A stretch of DNA of 63,987 nucleotides, filler included, from Octopus bimaculoides (taxonomy: Eukaryota), in NCBI RefSeq assembly GCF_001194135.2. It is 6 parts of 5 records of this genome, joined end to end, with 100 filler letters (N's around TTAATTAATTAA, not from the genome) between each part and the next. Parts side by side here need not be neighbours in the genome. Positions count along the whole stretch, not along the records: positions 1 to 26,482 come from NC_068987.1; 5 more parts are not named here. One strand, given 5' to 3'. The translations under genes were made by a program, and so were the position numbers. This document shows positions 11,607 through 24,039 of this stretch, one piece after another; position 1 is the stretch's first letter; the number at the start of each line of letters is the position of its first letter. The notes beneath the pieces were generated by a model. The model ran no database searches, was not told the origin of the DNA, and saw only the letters and a list, made by a program, of their open reading frames with translations.

Positions 11607-11860
11607 AAAGGTATAATAAAAAAAATATTAAAGGTATAATAAAAAAATATTCAGACAAATACATAACAAAAACACCAGGACTTACAAATATATATAACAT
11701 ACAGAAAATTGCACTACTGGGTACAGCACACATTCTACGCAAAACACTTTCAATACAGTAAACATAAGAGCACCACAGCAAACCACAGCACATACCCAAG
11801 GCGCACAGAGCTGCGCTCGGTAGTGAAGTGAAAGCACGTTATAAAAATAAAACTACTGAA
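11607..11860 (+). mobile_element. R4/Dong-type LINE 3' end (family 1) in (TAA)n
   Basis: Nearly identical to 57153-57365 and homologous to 25218-25455, where it follows an RLE ORF. It ends CTACTGAA followed by (TAA)n. Confidence 0.85.
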
Positions 11861-11861
11861 C

Positions 11862-11906
<45 letters not shown>

Positions 11907-11924
11907 TTAATAATACCACACAGT

Positions 11925-12130
11925 AGTAGGAGCAGAGATGGCATTTCAAGATGGTTACAATATCAGTGATTGTAGGAGCACTTGATATGATCAAAAAGGG
12001 AACTGAAAATTATTTAAGAATGTTCCATAGGTTACCATCCATGCAGGCAGTGCAAAAGACTGTATTAATTGGTATGTCACACGTATTGAGAAGAGCATTG
12101 TCACTGTGAATTTTCTTTCCTTTTTTGTCC
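11925..12130 (+). mobile_element. R4/Dong-type LINE, RLE C-terminal fragment (second family)
   Basis: Translates to WHFKMVTISVIVGALDMIKKGTENYLRMF...VQKTVLIGMSHVLRRALSL*. Confidence 0.75.
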
Positions 12131-12149
12131 TTTATCTTCTTTATTTACT

Positions 12150-12400
12150 AGATATTGAATTACAGAGACTATGGAAAGTGCGGCTAAAATGTATCCCAGT
12201 GGTTATAGGTGCATTGGGAACTATCCCTAAAGATCTGAGCAGATGGATAGAGGAAATAGGCACAAAACCCAGTTTAGAACAGCTGCAGAAAACAGAGTTA
12301 CTAGGGACAGCTAGAATACTTAGGAGGGTTCTTGGCATCAACGGTTACTTGCTGTAACCCTATAGGATTCTTTTCTTTTCCAGCAATATAATCAGTTGAG
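12150..12400 (+). mobile_element. R4/Dong-type LINE, RLE C-terminal fragment (third family)
   Basis: IELQRLWKVRLKCIPVVIGALGTIPKDL...LQKTELLGTARILRRVL, followed by (CAA)n(TAA)n. Confidence 0.8.
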
Positions 12401-12405
12401 TGTAT

Positions 12406-12485
<80 letters not shown>

Positions 12486-12547
12486 GTCCTACCAACGTAT
12501 ACAGTACGTTTATCTGCTTTCGGTGTAAGGAAGAGATTCGGCAAGAA

Positions 12548-12872
12548 AGGCACCTTGGGCAAGTGTCTTCTACTATAGCCTTGGGCCGACCAAAGCCTTG
12601 TGAGTGGATTTGGTAGACGGAAACTGAAAGAAGCCCGTCGTATATATGTATATGTATATATGTGTGTCTGTGTTTGTTCCCCTAACATCACTTGACAACC
12701 GATGCTGGTATGTTTACGTCCCCGTAACTTAGTGGTTCGGCAAAAGAGACCAATAGAATAAGTACTAGGCTTACAAAGAATAAGTCTGGGGGTCGATTTG
12801 CTCGACTAAAGGCGGTGCTCCAGCATAGCCGCAGTCAAATGACTGAAACAAGTGAAAGAGTAAAAGAGAAAA
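12548..12872 (+). mobile_element. SINE family A (5'-truncated)
   Basis: Matches the full copy at 15853-16282 (CCTTGGGCAAGTGTC...GAAAGAAGCCCGTC...CTCCAGCATGGCCGCAGTC). Confidence 0.9.
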
Positions 12873-12903
12873 AGAGAGAGAATTGAAAGAAGATGCTAAT
12901 GAA

Positions 12904-12962
<59 letters not shown>

Positions 12963-12967
<5 letters not shown>

Positions 12968-13524
12968 GCCCGGATGCAGTGCCAGGCAGTGGCTCACATG
13001 GCTTCTGATCTTCATTCATTGGAAGTGTTGTCACGTACATTGTTTTGTCTTGCTATAAAAGATGGGCTACAGCAAATATTCTGCTTAATACCACAGATTT
13101 GCTTGTCAGTTGTTTGACCTTAACCAATTGAGCATGTCCCTTGGTGGCTGACGATATGTGCATCTCTGATCACGCGCAGTAGTAGTGGGGGAGCATCATA
13201 GCCATGTATTGAGAGAAATTCTTTAGGGTTTGAATAATTCACCTTTGGAAACATGGGTGTTTTACTCAACATCCTTAAACAAACCTTATTCGGGGACCTT
13301 TTGAGCGGAATGGGCTACTCGACTTGAAGAAAGTTCTAACTGGGCCCCACCGACGAGGTCATGCGCTGTTTATCTTGATATCAGATCACCATGTCACGCA
13401 CATATAGTTGTGATGCTTGTACCTGGTGTACCCTTATCAGACGGGTAGTCATGATGGATATACTGGGCTTCGTATATTTTACCCCAGTGTTACTTTAATG
13501 GCATGCACAGCTCTCTCACTCAAT
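12963..13524. repeat. ~560-bp non-coding element flanked by (AAT)n on both sides; probable dispersed repeat
   Basis: There is no meaningful ORF, and both edges are sharp against (AAT)n. Its repeat nature is recalled or inferred; only one copy is in this window. Confidence 0.5.
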
Positions 13525-13544
13525 AATAATAATAATAATCATTT

Positions 13545-13735
13545 TTACTTTAGACACTAGGCCTGAAGTTTTGGGGAAGGAAATAGTTGATTGCATGACT
13601 CCAGTACTTAACTCGTACTTATTTTAAAAACTCCAAAAGGTTGAGTGGTAAAGTCGACCTCGGTGGAATTTGAACTTAGAACGTAAAACCGGAAGAAGTG
13701 CGCTAAGCTTTTTGTCCGGCGTACTAACGATAAAG
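13545..13735 (-). mobile_element. SINE family B (tRNA-derived, (ATT)n-flanked)
   Basis: Homologous to at least 12 other copies. Intact copies show the A box GGCAGAATCG and B box GAGTTCAAATTCC on the minus strand. Confidence 0.85.
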
Positions 13736-13999
13736 GTGCGTGATTTAATGTGATAAATAACCCTTCCAAAATACTACGCTGCTGATTTCTCATCAAGAAT
13801 CTTGGAATACAAATACAAATGCTATATATGTATATGGCTATGTATGTATGTATGTATGTATGTATGTATGTATGTATGTATGTATGTAGGTAGGTAGGTA
13901 GGTAGGTAGGTAGGTAGGTAGGTAAGCAGGTATAATGATATGTACGTAATTCTCTCTAAATATGCATGTATATATATCACTGCATCTTAGTATCGACCA

Positions 14000-15065
14000 A
14001 GCCATCAAATGCTGTATATACCACTAATCACAATGCGCTTCCAGTTCTGTCTTGATTGCGCCATTCTTTTCCATCTTTACCCAAATTGCTTTACCAAATC
14101 GTTGTGGACGCCTTCCAAATGTTTTTTTCCGATATTTTGGATATCACTCAGCAACTGCACGGGTCCACCTCTTGTCTATGAACCTTACCACATGTCAGGG
14201 TCAGCAGAGCTTGTGCTTTCGGTAATTGGTGATCGCATCATTCACTCTCCTCTGTCCTTGAATTCTTTCATTTCGAATGTGCTCTCTAAATGATAATCCT
14301 AGCAGGGATCTTTCCATGGCCCTTTTCATTGTAGCCAATCGATGTTCTATTCTCTTCATAGTAGCCCATGTAGGACGGTGCTATTGAAGAGTTTTGGCAC
14401 ATATGGCATTTTCTAGCTTTGTTTGGAACACATCCTTTATTGAGTTAAATGCCTTCCATACTACTCTTATTCTATTTGAAATTTCTATATCCATATCTCG
14501 GCGCATATTCCCTGTGTGCCCGAAGTAGATGTACTTCTTTACCACCTCGATCTTATCGTTTCCCACCTATATTTGACTTTGTGTTACATCTTCCGATCGT
14601 ATATATATGCTTCTTTTTAAGACCTACAGCTAAGCTCTGAGTGGTCAGCTCTGTCAGCATGGTTTGCAGCTAGTCTGTAGTTTCAGCAATGAGTACAATG
14701 TCATCTGTGAATCAGAGGTGTGCAAGTTGCTCGCCATTGATGTTCACGCCACCTGTCTAGTCAGTGTCCCTAATGACCATTTCTAGACATACAGTAAAGA
14801 GCTTTGGAGAGATGGTGTTTTCTCGCTTGACATTCTTCTCAGTTGGGACCCTTTCTGGTAGTGATATCAGAGTTATATCTGTTGTGCATCCAGAGTTCAT
14901 ATCTTTGAGCAGTTTGATATATTGCACCACGACATCTTGCATTTCTGGAGATTTCAATACTGTGTTCATCTCGACGCTATCGAAGGCCTTTTCGTAATCA
15001 ACAACAGCAATGTACAGAGAAAGCCTGTATTTGTCCGCTTCTAGGAGCTGGAGAAAGGACCAGAA
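14000..15065 (-). mobile_element. RTE-clade LINE RT remnant
   Basis: VDYEKAFDSVE, ISPKLF, GVNINGEQLAHL*FTDD and KYIYFG...EISNRIRVVWKAF. Confidence 0.9.
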
Positions 15066-15493
15066 GAGCATCATAACTCTAATAAGTTACCATATCTATC
15101 TCTAAACCATCCTCCTCCAATCGAGTCTCGTTTGTCCTGAACCACAAGTAAATAAAATTCAAGAATTTACGGTATTCATTTATGGCGGTAATCGGGCAGA
15201 ATTATTAGAATGGTCGATTATGTATATGTGTGTGTGTGTGATACCTATGAAACTATACGTGACGATTGAATGAATTCACTGATGTTTTCCCAAAAATATA
15301 AACTCTACTTCAAATACTAAGAACTGCTACACATATACGCGTGCGTGCACGCACGCACGCACACACACACGCACACACACACACACAAACGCACGCACAC
15401 ACACACACGCACACACATGCACACACACGCGCACACACACACACACTCGTCACATACAAACATTCACAGCAGCACCATCGGAGAGTATAGAAC

Positions 15494-15528
<35 letters not shown>

Positions 15529-15852
15529 ATTGCATGTCTAAATATTTTCGCAGTGGCGTGTATGTATGATGGCGTAGTACAAGTGATGACAATAACATAT
15601 TAATTACTAGCTTATGTAACTGCCTTTATAACACACGTAAATGTTAGTTGAGGTGAATACAAGTTTGTTACACACGTGATTAGATACTCACATTGAAATG
15701 ATCAGTCGCATCCGGGCATGTATGCTTAACAAAATATAGATACATCCACACTAGATACCTAGCAACATATTACAAATATATATACATATATGTATGCACG
15801 CATGTATGCGTATATACATTTTTGGTTACGTACATATATAAATCATATGCGC

Positions 15853-16282
15853 AGGCGTGGCTGTGTGGTAAGAAGCTTACTTCCGAACCACGTGGTTCCG
15901 GGTTCAGTCCCACTGCATGGCATCTTGGGCAAGTGTCTTCTACTATAGCCTCGGGCTGACCACAACCTTGTGTGTGGATTTGGTAGACGGAAACTGAAAG
16001 AAGCCCGTCATATATATATATATTTTTATATATACATGTATATATTTATGCCTGTCTGCCTGTCAGTCTGTGTCTGTGTTTGTCCCTCCCCCTATCACTT
16101 GACAACCGATGCTGGTGTATTTATGTCCCCGTAACTTATCGGTTCGGTAAAAAAAATCCGATAGAATAAGTACTCAGCTTACAAAGAATAAGTCCTGGGA
16201 TCGATTTCTTCGAGTAAAACTCTTTAAGGACGTGAATGGCCAGTCAAAATGACTGAAACAATTAAAATAATAAAAGAATAAA
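15853..16282 (+). mobile_element. SINE family A, full length (tRNA-derived head)
   Basis: A box TGGCTGTGTGG, B box GGTTCAGTCCC, an internal microsatellite and an (AAAAG)-like tail. Confidence 0.9.
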
Positions 16283-16321
16283 AGAACACACATGCATACA
16301 TACACATCTTTAGTACGTACT

Positions 16322-16371
<50 letters not shown>

Positions 16372-16375
<4 letters not shown>

Positions 16376-16578
16376 TTTCAAATTTTGGTCCGAGGGCCAG
16401 CAATTTCGAGGGATGAGGTAACTCGATTACTTCGACCCCAATGCCCAACTCAGACTTATTTTATCGACCTCGAAGGAATGAAAGGAAACCTTGACTCCGG
16501 CGACATTTGAACTCAGACGAAATGCTGCTAGGAATTTTTGCTCGACGTGCCAATAATTCAGTCAGCTCTCCGCCTTGA
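16372..16578 (-). mobile_element. SINE family B
   Basis: Homology to the other family B copies. Confidence 0.8.
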
Positions 16579-16689
16579 TACATACATACATACATACATA
16601 CATACATACATACAAAGCCAGAAAGAAGATGGAGCGTGGCACTACATTAAATTATATGTTAAAAAATTTACATAATATATATATATATA

Positions 16690-16864
16690 TATAAGCACAA
16701 ACAGAACAAATGGAAAACACACACAGAATGTCACAAAAATTTCGTCAGTTATCGTCCAAAGAATCGTAGCAAAGCGTGAAATTGCTGCGATCCTTTGGAC
16801 GATAACTTACGAGGATTTGGTGACATTTTGTGTTTTCCATTTGTTCTGTTTGTTTGTGCTTATA
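16690..16864. mobile_element. ~175-bp foldback element in (TA)n (MITE or head-to-head PLE-end dimer)
   Basis: ~80-bp arms TATAAGCACAAAC...GAATCGTAGCAA and TTGCTGCGATCC...GTTTGTGCTTATA, with a 9-nt loop. Confidence 0.8.
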
Positions 16865-17239
16865 TATATTATACGTGTTTTTTTTTTATATATACTGACA
16901 CACACTCACGTGTGTGCGCGCATGTACACGCACACACAAACATACACACACACATATATAGGTAAGTATATACATACTTAAGTACAGGCATATACATGCA
17001 TATGATCATGAAGACTTGGAGTATATTAACGAAACCTGTTAATTTCTACATCAATAGTGACAGCGACAGTGTTGAAGTTAGACGAGCGGGGTGTACAGTG
17101 GTAATGTTTATGCAAATGCTAGTACTGTACTGTCTCCCTCAGTAACACTAACTTTATAGTAAAAGGGAAATTAGTAGACCGCATGTATACTCAGCAGTAA
17201 AAATAATAGGAAAATAAAAATAATAATAATTTAAGTTCT

Positions 17240-17770
17240 TCGTCTTGAGAATAGGTGAAGAACTCTTTAAATAGGTTCTCTGAATGTATAGCTGTTCCAT
17301 ATGAACCAAGATAACTAGATTGAGCGATTTAAACAGGAATTGAAAGGTGAAACACTCATCATACAGTGGTATGTTACACATTCATATTCTGCAAGGTAGA
17401 ATATACTAGCATCATTCACAGGAATAGTAGCATCTCTTGGATCTCACCGAGATTATGTATTTGCTATCCAGTAATAAGAAACAGCTACTAGATAGCTAAT
17501 CAAAAAGAGATATAAAGTAGCCTCTGGAACTCCATGTTGTTATTGAAAACATACCTGTGTGGAAGACATCAGCCACATCATCATAAGCTGTGTAAAAATA
17601 TCCACATGAGACAGGACATTGTTGCTAAAACGTCTACAATGCTTATACGCAGGAAGGACTTTCCAGATCACTATATCAAAGGCATACCAGAACCAGAACC
17701 AGAATGTATCCACGCGTTTAAAACTAAGGAATGCTGGTGGAACGCCAATAAAAACTGTAACCTATGAAAG
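17240..17770 (+). mobile_element. RLE-type (R4/Hero-like) LINE fragment, same family as 61437-62170 and 62850-63673
   Basis: LRIGEELF, YVFAIQ, VEDISHIIISC and QDIVAK align with the 63152-63673 translation. Confidence 0.7.
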
Positions 17771-18540
17771 CTAAAGTTAATAAGCAAGCTTGTGGTAGCC
17801 ACTCCTTTTCAATTGTAAGTTCAGAGATGCAGACTTCGTCTAGATCCGAAAAATTCCTGTTCCTTAGAAAGTTTCAACTTTATTAACACATTCTCTTCTC
17901 TTCTCCTTTTTCTTTAAAAAAATAAGGTTTTCGTTGGCTGTCAATATTTAATCATACGATGTTAAATGGACTGCCTTCATTACACTAATTATTACTAATT
18001 ACACCGCTAAATTTACCATCACCATTTTTAACCACTTTCGCAACTGCCACAATCCACCACCACCACTGCCACCGCCGCTAGTTTTAAAGATCCGTCAGCA
18101 CGGCAACAAAAGAGAAGAGATAGTATATTTATGGAATACAAGCTGCTGTTTATGATGGCTGTCAGTACTCCCGATGATGTTTGGAGTGTATTTAATAGCA
18201 GCACCGTCCCAGATGTAGAAGTATTCCATTGTGAGTTTCACTTACGTTTTGTAGAGAGGCGAAAGTATTTATTGTCTTGAAGATGAAAACTAAATCTTTA
18301 AGACGCAAGTTTTGCTGTTATGAACATGAGATTGCCATGGGAATATCATCAAGGATTGTGTGCTTTGTAGTGAAGGATGATATTATGTATGTTCTGTTGG
18401 AGATGGCGGAAAATGCATTATGTGTGTGTGTGTGTGTGTGTGTGTGTATCTGTCTGTCTGTCTCTGTGTGTACACATACGTACATTCGTAAATACGCACA
18501 TACACACACACATATATGTGTGTGTATGCGTGTGTGTGCG

Positions 18541-18737
18541 TGTGTTTGTGTTTGTCCCCCAACATCACTTGACACCCGGTGCTGGTGTGTTTACGTCCCC
18601 GTAACTTAGCAGTCCGACAAAAGAGACCGATAGAATAAGTACTACGCTTACAAAGAATAAGTCCTGGGGTCGATGTGCTCGACTAAAGGCGGTGCTCCAG
18701 CATGGCCGCAGTCAAATGACTGAAACAAGGAAAAGAA
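18541..18737 (+). mobile_element. SINE family A, 3' half
   Basis: Homology to 15853-16282. Confidence 0.85.
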
Positions 18738-19849
18738 TATATATATATATATATATATATAAAAACAAAAGTAAATGAGTATATGCATATATACGTACAG
18801 GTATGTGCATACCGACATCCACCTGTATGTATAGGTGCATATCTGGGTACAGGACATTGCAAACAAACGTAGACGAGAACACACGAGCCACATAGAGAAC
18901 ATTCTACTTCATCAGCTACCCACGNNNNNNNNNNNNNNNNNNNNNNNNNNNNNNNNNNNNNNNNNNNNNNNNNNNNNNNNNNNNNNNNNNNNNNNNNNNN
19001 NNNNNNNNNNNNNNNNNNNNNNNNNNNNNNNNNNNNNNNNNNNNNNNNNNNNNNNNNNNNNNNNNNNNNNNNNNNNNNNNNNNNNNNNNNNNNNNNNNNN
19101 NNNNNNNNNNNNNNNNNNNNNNNNNNNNNNNNNNNNNNNNNNNNNNNNNNNNNNNNNNNNNNNNNNNNNNNNNNNNNNNNNNNNNNNNNNNNNNNNNNNN
19201 NNNNNNNNNNNNNNNNNNNNNNNNNNNNNNNNNNNNNNNNNNNNNNNNNNNNNNNNNNNNNNNNNNNNNNNNNNNNNNNNNNNNNNNNNNNNNNNNNNNN
19301 NNNNNNNNNNNNNNNNNNNNNNNNNNNNNNNNNNNNNNNNNNNNNNNNNNNNNNNNNNNNNNNNNNNNNNNNNNNNNNNNNNNNNNNNNNNNNNNNNNNN
19401 NNNNNNNNNNNNNNNNNNNNNNNNNNNNNNNNNNNNNNNNNNNNNNNNNNNNNNNNNNNNNNNNNNNNNNNNNNNNNNNNNNNNNNNNNNNNNNNNNNNN
19501 NNNNNNNNNNNNNNNNNNNNNNNNNNNNNNNNNNNNNNNNNNNNNNNNNNNNNNNNNNNNNNNNNNNNNNNNNNNNNNNNNNNNNNNNNNNNNNNNNNNN
19601 NNNNNNNNNNNNNNNNNNNNNNNNNNNNNNNNNNNNNNNNNNNNNNNNNNNNNNNNNNNNNNNNNNNNNNNNNNNNNTATATATATACATATATATATAC
19701 ATACACACATACACAAACACACAGACATACATATATCACTTGATCACGTGACCGACCAAACTATCGGATGCTGGTCACAATTCACTTTGCATCGCTTTAG
19801 CTTTCAAACACATGTGTGTGTGTGTGTGTATCCATATCCATACACCCAG

Positions 19850-20665
19850 GCCTATTTCCCCCCCCCCTTTTTAGGAGGGGTTAGCCACAACAAGACACAC
19901 ACTAGGCATTCCATTCATATCTCAGCTCAAAGAGGCGAGCCCCATTCTGTGCTCGGGTCAAGGCATAGAACGCAATCCTCAATATCAGCAGCGGGTCCCT
20001 ACAGCATATGCTGGTTTACACCCGCCGCATCATGTTAGTTCCGTACCCTTTTTTAGCAACATTAAATTCACTCATCCGTCCACAAACACTCTCCAAGCTT
20101 TCCTATCATTTATAAACTCTCTTGCCTCTCTCACTCCAGCACCTCTATCCACCAAAGCTTTCCTCACTCCATCCATCCACACAAACCGAGGTGTGCCTCT
20201 GGTTCTGCTGCCTACCACTTCTGTCTTCATCACCCTCCTTACCATCCTCTCCTCATCCATCCTCTCTATGTAGCCAAATCACCTCAACATTCATCTATCC
20301 ATTTTGGTTGTAAATTTGTTCTCTCATTCCTACTCGCCTTCGCATCTGCTCATTCTCCATCTTGTTCATCCGTATCACACTAACCACAGCCCCCAAACAA
20401 CTCATCTCAAACACATCTAGTCGTTTCCTTTCCGCCTCTCTCAGCTCCCACGTCTCTGCACCATATAACATTGTCAGCACAATCATGCCCTCATACACAC
20501 TTCTTTTCGCTTTCATACTCAACATACCTTTCTCTCAGCATACCTTTCACAACTCCAAGTATTTTACTCCCCCCCCCCTCACTGTATATCCCATTTCCTC
20601 AGTCAACCCCACCATTAACTGTCACATGTGATCCCAGATACTTAAAAACACTCACCTCCTCTCAC
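19850..20665 (-). mobile_element. RTE-clade LINE 3' part plus 3' UTR
   Basis: FKYLGS, MLYGAETW, RLDVFEMSCL, RMVRRVM and RGTPRFVWMD. Confidence 0.88.
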
Positions 20666-21277
20666 TATTTATACTCACATCCATCCTACCAGCCATTCCA
20701 TGTTTCAAAGTTTCAAAGTTTCATTACACCGCTGAATCGCGTGTTTTGTGAACAAACATCGTCAAAAGGGAGGAGGTGTTCTCCAAAGACGAAAAGCAAC
20801 AGCGATAAGATATTCATATTCGAATCTGCCAGAACGTTTTGATAATGAATAGATTCGTTATTGTTAATATAAAACAATGTCTCACTACACAACCTGAAAG
20901 TTTATTTATATTTTTCAAAGTTATTTCTTCTTTCTTATTTAATTCTTATGCCTCTATTAATCCTATTTGGCACCATTAAAGTTCGATTGACTTCACTATT
21001 GAACACTACCGACACACCAACTAAACAACAAACCACACTCCACCATCAGCACCACCAACAGCAGCAGCAGCAACGACGATCCTACTTGCAACATCATACA
21101 GCTTCACTTTACCATTGACTGATCGCACCAGATGAGCGTGTGTGTGTGTGTGTGTGTGCATGTGTGTAAACTTACATACGTCACACAAACCCAGACATAC
21201 ACAATAAAGATGCATCTACGCACACATACATTCATACATACATACATGTATGTTTACCCACAAAACACACACATGTA

Positions 21278-21310
<33 letters not shown>

Positions 21311-21424
21311 GTATGTATGGGTGTGTATGTATGCATATGCATGTATATGTATATGTACATATGTATGTATATGCGTGCATGTGTGTATGTGTATGAATGT
21401 AAATATATTTGACTTTCCTACGTT

Positions 21425-21710
21425 TTCTAATGCCATTCTTATTTAATGTTCATTCCTTCCTTCCTCCCTCACTTCCTTCCTCCTCTCCATTTTTCCTCTC
21501 TTCATTCTTTCTGTCCTCTCTTAAATTTACGCACCTCCCCATTTCCCCCTTCCTCCATCTCCCTATTCCTCCATCTCACCATTTCTCCATCTCCCACCCC
21601 TCCACCCCTCTTTCCATCTCCTCCCCCTCTCTCTCAGCTACTTTAAAACGTTCCTCTCCCCTACACTACACATCTTTACCTCTTTTCCCCATTCATTTAA
21701 CTTTTTTGTG
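21425..21710. repeat. Polypyrimidine/polypurine low-complexity tract
   Basis: The + strand is predominantly C/T. Confidence 0.85.
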
Positions 21711-22082
21711 AATTTGTTTTGTATGTTTTGGGTTGGTTTTTTTTTCCTGTCCATTAAACACTTCTTTCAGATAGATTAAGATAGCTTGCTGAAAATACAT
21801 TCCACTAATTAACTGCAATATTAAAAGGCACTGGTGAATTCCGGAAACATCGATGAAGCATCGAACAAAATTACTTCCGGTTGAATTGTTACATCCTATT
21901 TAAATTCAAAGTTCAAATTCCGCCTAAGGTGACAGTTCATTTAATCTTTCCTGACGTTGATAAAATAAGTACCAGTAAAATACCGGGTCAATATAATCAA
22001 CTGTTCACTAACATTACCATCAAAACTAGAAAATGTAAGACTTTGTGCCAATGTCATAATTCCTTACAAAATAATAATGGTA

Positions 22083-22292
22083 TCAGATTTTGGCACAAGG
22101 CCATCCAGCAATTTTATGGAGGGGGAATAAGTCGACATCATCCACTCCACTGTTCGACTAGAACTTACTTTATAGTCCCCGAAAGGATGAGAGACAAAGA
22201 AAATTGACCTCAGCGGAATTTGAACTCAGACCGTAAACCCGGAAGAAATGCCACATGGCATCTTATTCCGCAAGCTAGTGGTTTTGTCGGTT
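22083..22292 (-). mobile_element. SINE family B
   Basis: Homology to the other family B copies. Confidence 0.8.
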
Positions 22293-22318
22293 TGTCGTTT
22301 TAATAATAATAATACTAA

Positions 22319-22408
<90 letters not shown>

Positions 22409-22410
22409 GC

Positions 22411-24035
22411 ATTGTAAAAAATCATCATACAAACATGTCTATGGCTTGGATTGACTTTAAGAAGGCATATGATATGATGCCTCATTCTTGGATCATTAAT
22501 TGCCTACAGATGTTTGGTGTTGCTGACAAAAATCACAAATTTTCTGATGCATAGTATGAAAGATTGGAAAACCAAATTGTACACAAGTAATGTATTCCTT
22601 GGAGAAGTTAATATTAAAAGGGAAATCTTCCAAGGTGACTTGTTTTGTCCGTTACTATTTGCAATTGCACAAAGTTAAGATGGGTTACCGATGTGGGAAG
22701 AAAGGCCCATCATTGAACCATCTTCTGCTCATGGATGACCTGAAATTGTTTGGGAAATCTGAAAAACAGATAGATTCCTTAACCAAAACAGTCCAGAAGT
22801 GTGGTAGGGACATCGGTATGGAATTTGGGATTATCAAATGCTCAGTACTTAATATGAAAAGAGGGAAGAAAGCAGCCTGTAGAGGAATGCGGTTACCATC
22901 AGGAAAGACCATGGGTGAACCCGACGGTAGTGGGTATAGATATTTAGAGATTTTGGAGTTGGATGACATTCTACACAGAGAAATGAAAGTCAAGGTCAGC
23001 GAGGCGTATCANNNNNNNNNNGACATTCTACACAGAGAAATGAAAGTCAAGGTCAGCGAGGCGTATCAAAAAAGGATGAAGATGGTGTTGAAATCCAACC
23101 TGAATGCCAAAAATTTAATTACCGCAATGAATATCTGGGTAGTTACGGTTGTCAAATATAGTGCGTCCATCCTCAAATGGACTAAGGAGGAAATATCAAC
23201 ACTGGATCGAAGGACGAGAAAGTTGATGACGCTGCATGGGGCGCTACACCCTAAAACAAACGAAAACAGAATAAAAGAAAGAATGCTGGCAGAGGACTAA
23301 TTAGTATAGACCATTGTGTAAAGAGTGAAAGGAGAACGCTTGCCAAGTATTTGATAAATAGTGATGAAGACCTGCTGCAATATGCCGCGAAAGATATGGG
23401 TGTAAATGCAGATGAAATGATGGGCAAGGAATAGTTTAACCAAAGAGCTGAGGAGAAGAGAAAAGAAGACCTTCTTGAAATGAGGACGCATGGACAGTTT
23501 GAAAAGAATACACAAGACGTTAAGGATAAAACAGCATCGTAGGCATGGCTTGAGCGAGGTGATTTGAAGCGTACTACCAAAAGCCGGATCATTGCTGAAC
23601 AAGACTATGCTCTCGCTACCAATTCAGTGAAGTATAACATCTATAAAACTTTTGACACCCACAAATGCAGACTCTGTGGAAAGAGTGTGGAAAATATGAC
23701 TCACTTGGTAAGTGAATGTGAGAGCCTTGCACAAAAAGAATACAAGCGCCGCCACGATAAAGTATGGGTGTGTCTTCATTGGCTCTTATGCCGTAAATAC
23801 CAATACGAAGTAACAGAGAACTGGTATGAGCATGTACCAAGTAAAGTTATGCAAGAGGATGGGAAAGTAACAATACTCCGGGACTATGATTTTCAGACGG
23901 ATCGTATAATTTAACATCGTCGGCCGGATATTGTCATAGTGAATAAGAGAGACAAATACTGTCAGATCATTGATGTAGCCATACCAAATGACATGAATGT
24001 TGTGAGTAATGAAGTCGAAAATATCACCAAGTACT
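22411..24035 (+). mobile_element. R4/Dong-type LINE remnant (RT, CCHC knuckle, RLE)
   Basis: MAWIDFKKAYDMMPHSW, IFQGD, LLMDDLKLF, CRLCGKSVENMTHLVSEC and RRPDIVIVNK..IIDVAIP. It begins directly after (AAT)n. Confidence 0.92.
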
Positions 24036-24039
24036 GGAT

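Noticed and set aside
15853-15925. tRNA-like sequences (also 29010-29082, 31905-31975, 50165-50235)
   Set aside because: They have A and B boxes but no complete cloverleaf, and they continue into SINE bodies, so they are SINE heads rather than tRNA genes.
18246-18314. Minus-strand 69-bp exon candidate with a GTAAGT donor (QNLRLKDLVFIFKTINTFASLQN)
   Set aside because: The acceptor is mediocre, the alternative stronger acceptor gives stops in all frames, and the peptide is unrecognised.
22965-23069. 47-bp perfect direct repeat around a 10-N gap inside the Dong RT
   Set aside because: Identical sequence on both sides of a minimal gap is a typical overlap or assembly artefact.
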